In this document: one piece after another, positions 63,839-64,000 of the stretch | How the letters are laid out: each line of letters starts with the position of its first letter | Numbering within the stretch: position 1 is the first letter of the stretch | DNA from: a virus | Reading direction: 5' to 3' (one strand) | Virus record (IMG/VR): IMGVR_UViG_3300025133_000038 | Location: 1-64,000 of that record | Length of the DNA: 64,000 nt | Position numbers and translations under genes: made by a program | Notes under the pieces: generated by a model | Told to the model about the DNA's origin: nothing | The model's database searches: none | What the model saw: only the letters and a program-made list of their open reading frames with translations

Positions 63839-64000
63839 ATGAAGTTTCTTGTTTTTCTTACTGTTTTGTTGAGTTCCACCATTTCCTATGGTTTGGATAC
63901 AATTCATGTAGACAACCTTGTTGTTACGGAAAACGTAGACCTTATAGAAACCAACCACTTCTATGATGATGCTGGTAGGCTTGTTTTCGACCAAGCAATC
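63839..64000 (+). CDS. Exported hypothetical protein (5' part, runs off window)
   Basis: GGGAG RBS; MKFLVFLTVLL signal peptide; open to window end. Confidence 0.7.
   Translation, partial: MKFLVFLTVLLSSTISYGLDTIHVDNLVVTENVDLIETNHFYDDAGRLVFDQAI

Noticed and set aside
1-64000. Stop-codon reassignment or suppressor tRNA
   Set aside because: Conserved genes are full length in code 11 and end in TAA, TAG and TGA; no tRNA with a CTA, TTA or TCA anticodon was found

Overview
This is a 64-kb segment of a large lytic, T4-like or jumbo-type dsDNA bacteriophage. A Planctomycete-type Flp pilin and a CinA/NadD fusion suggest a Planctomycetota host (inference). Genes are dense and almost all on the + strand. 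From left to right: a repeat/ncRNA region and divergent promoter hub (1-1700); small early genes with macro, Nudix and metallophosphoesterase domains; rIIA/rIIB; a RuvA-domain-III fusion plus RuvB; a nonulosonic (sialic-like) acid synthesis, transfer, sulfation and methylation cluster; a tmRNA with a 35-codon internally repeated tag; and about 40 tRNA or tRNA-like genes without encoded CCA, many structurally aberrant. The tRNAs are interleaved with structured ncRNAs (one about 570 nt), homing endonucleases, a CCA-adding enzyme, Rnl1 ligase, a PNK-like kinase, PspA and sulfotransferases. The right end has dUTPase, DNA ligase, a sigma factor, ThyA, ClpP, a DeoC-like pseudoenzyme and probable virion genes. 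Eighteen of the 19 sigma70-like promoters found have a 16-bp spacer. All calls come from reading motifs and base-pairing by eye; no searches or folding programs were run.
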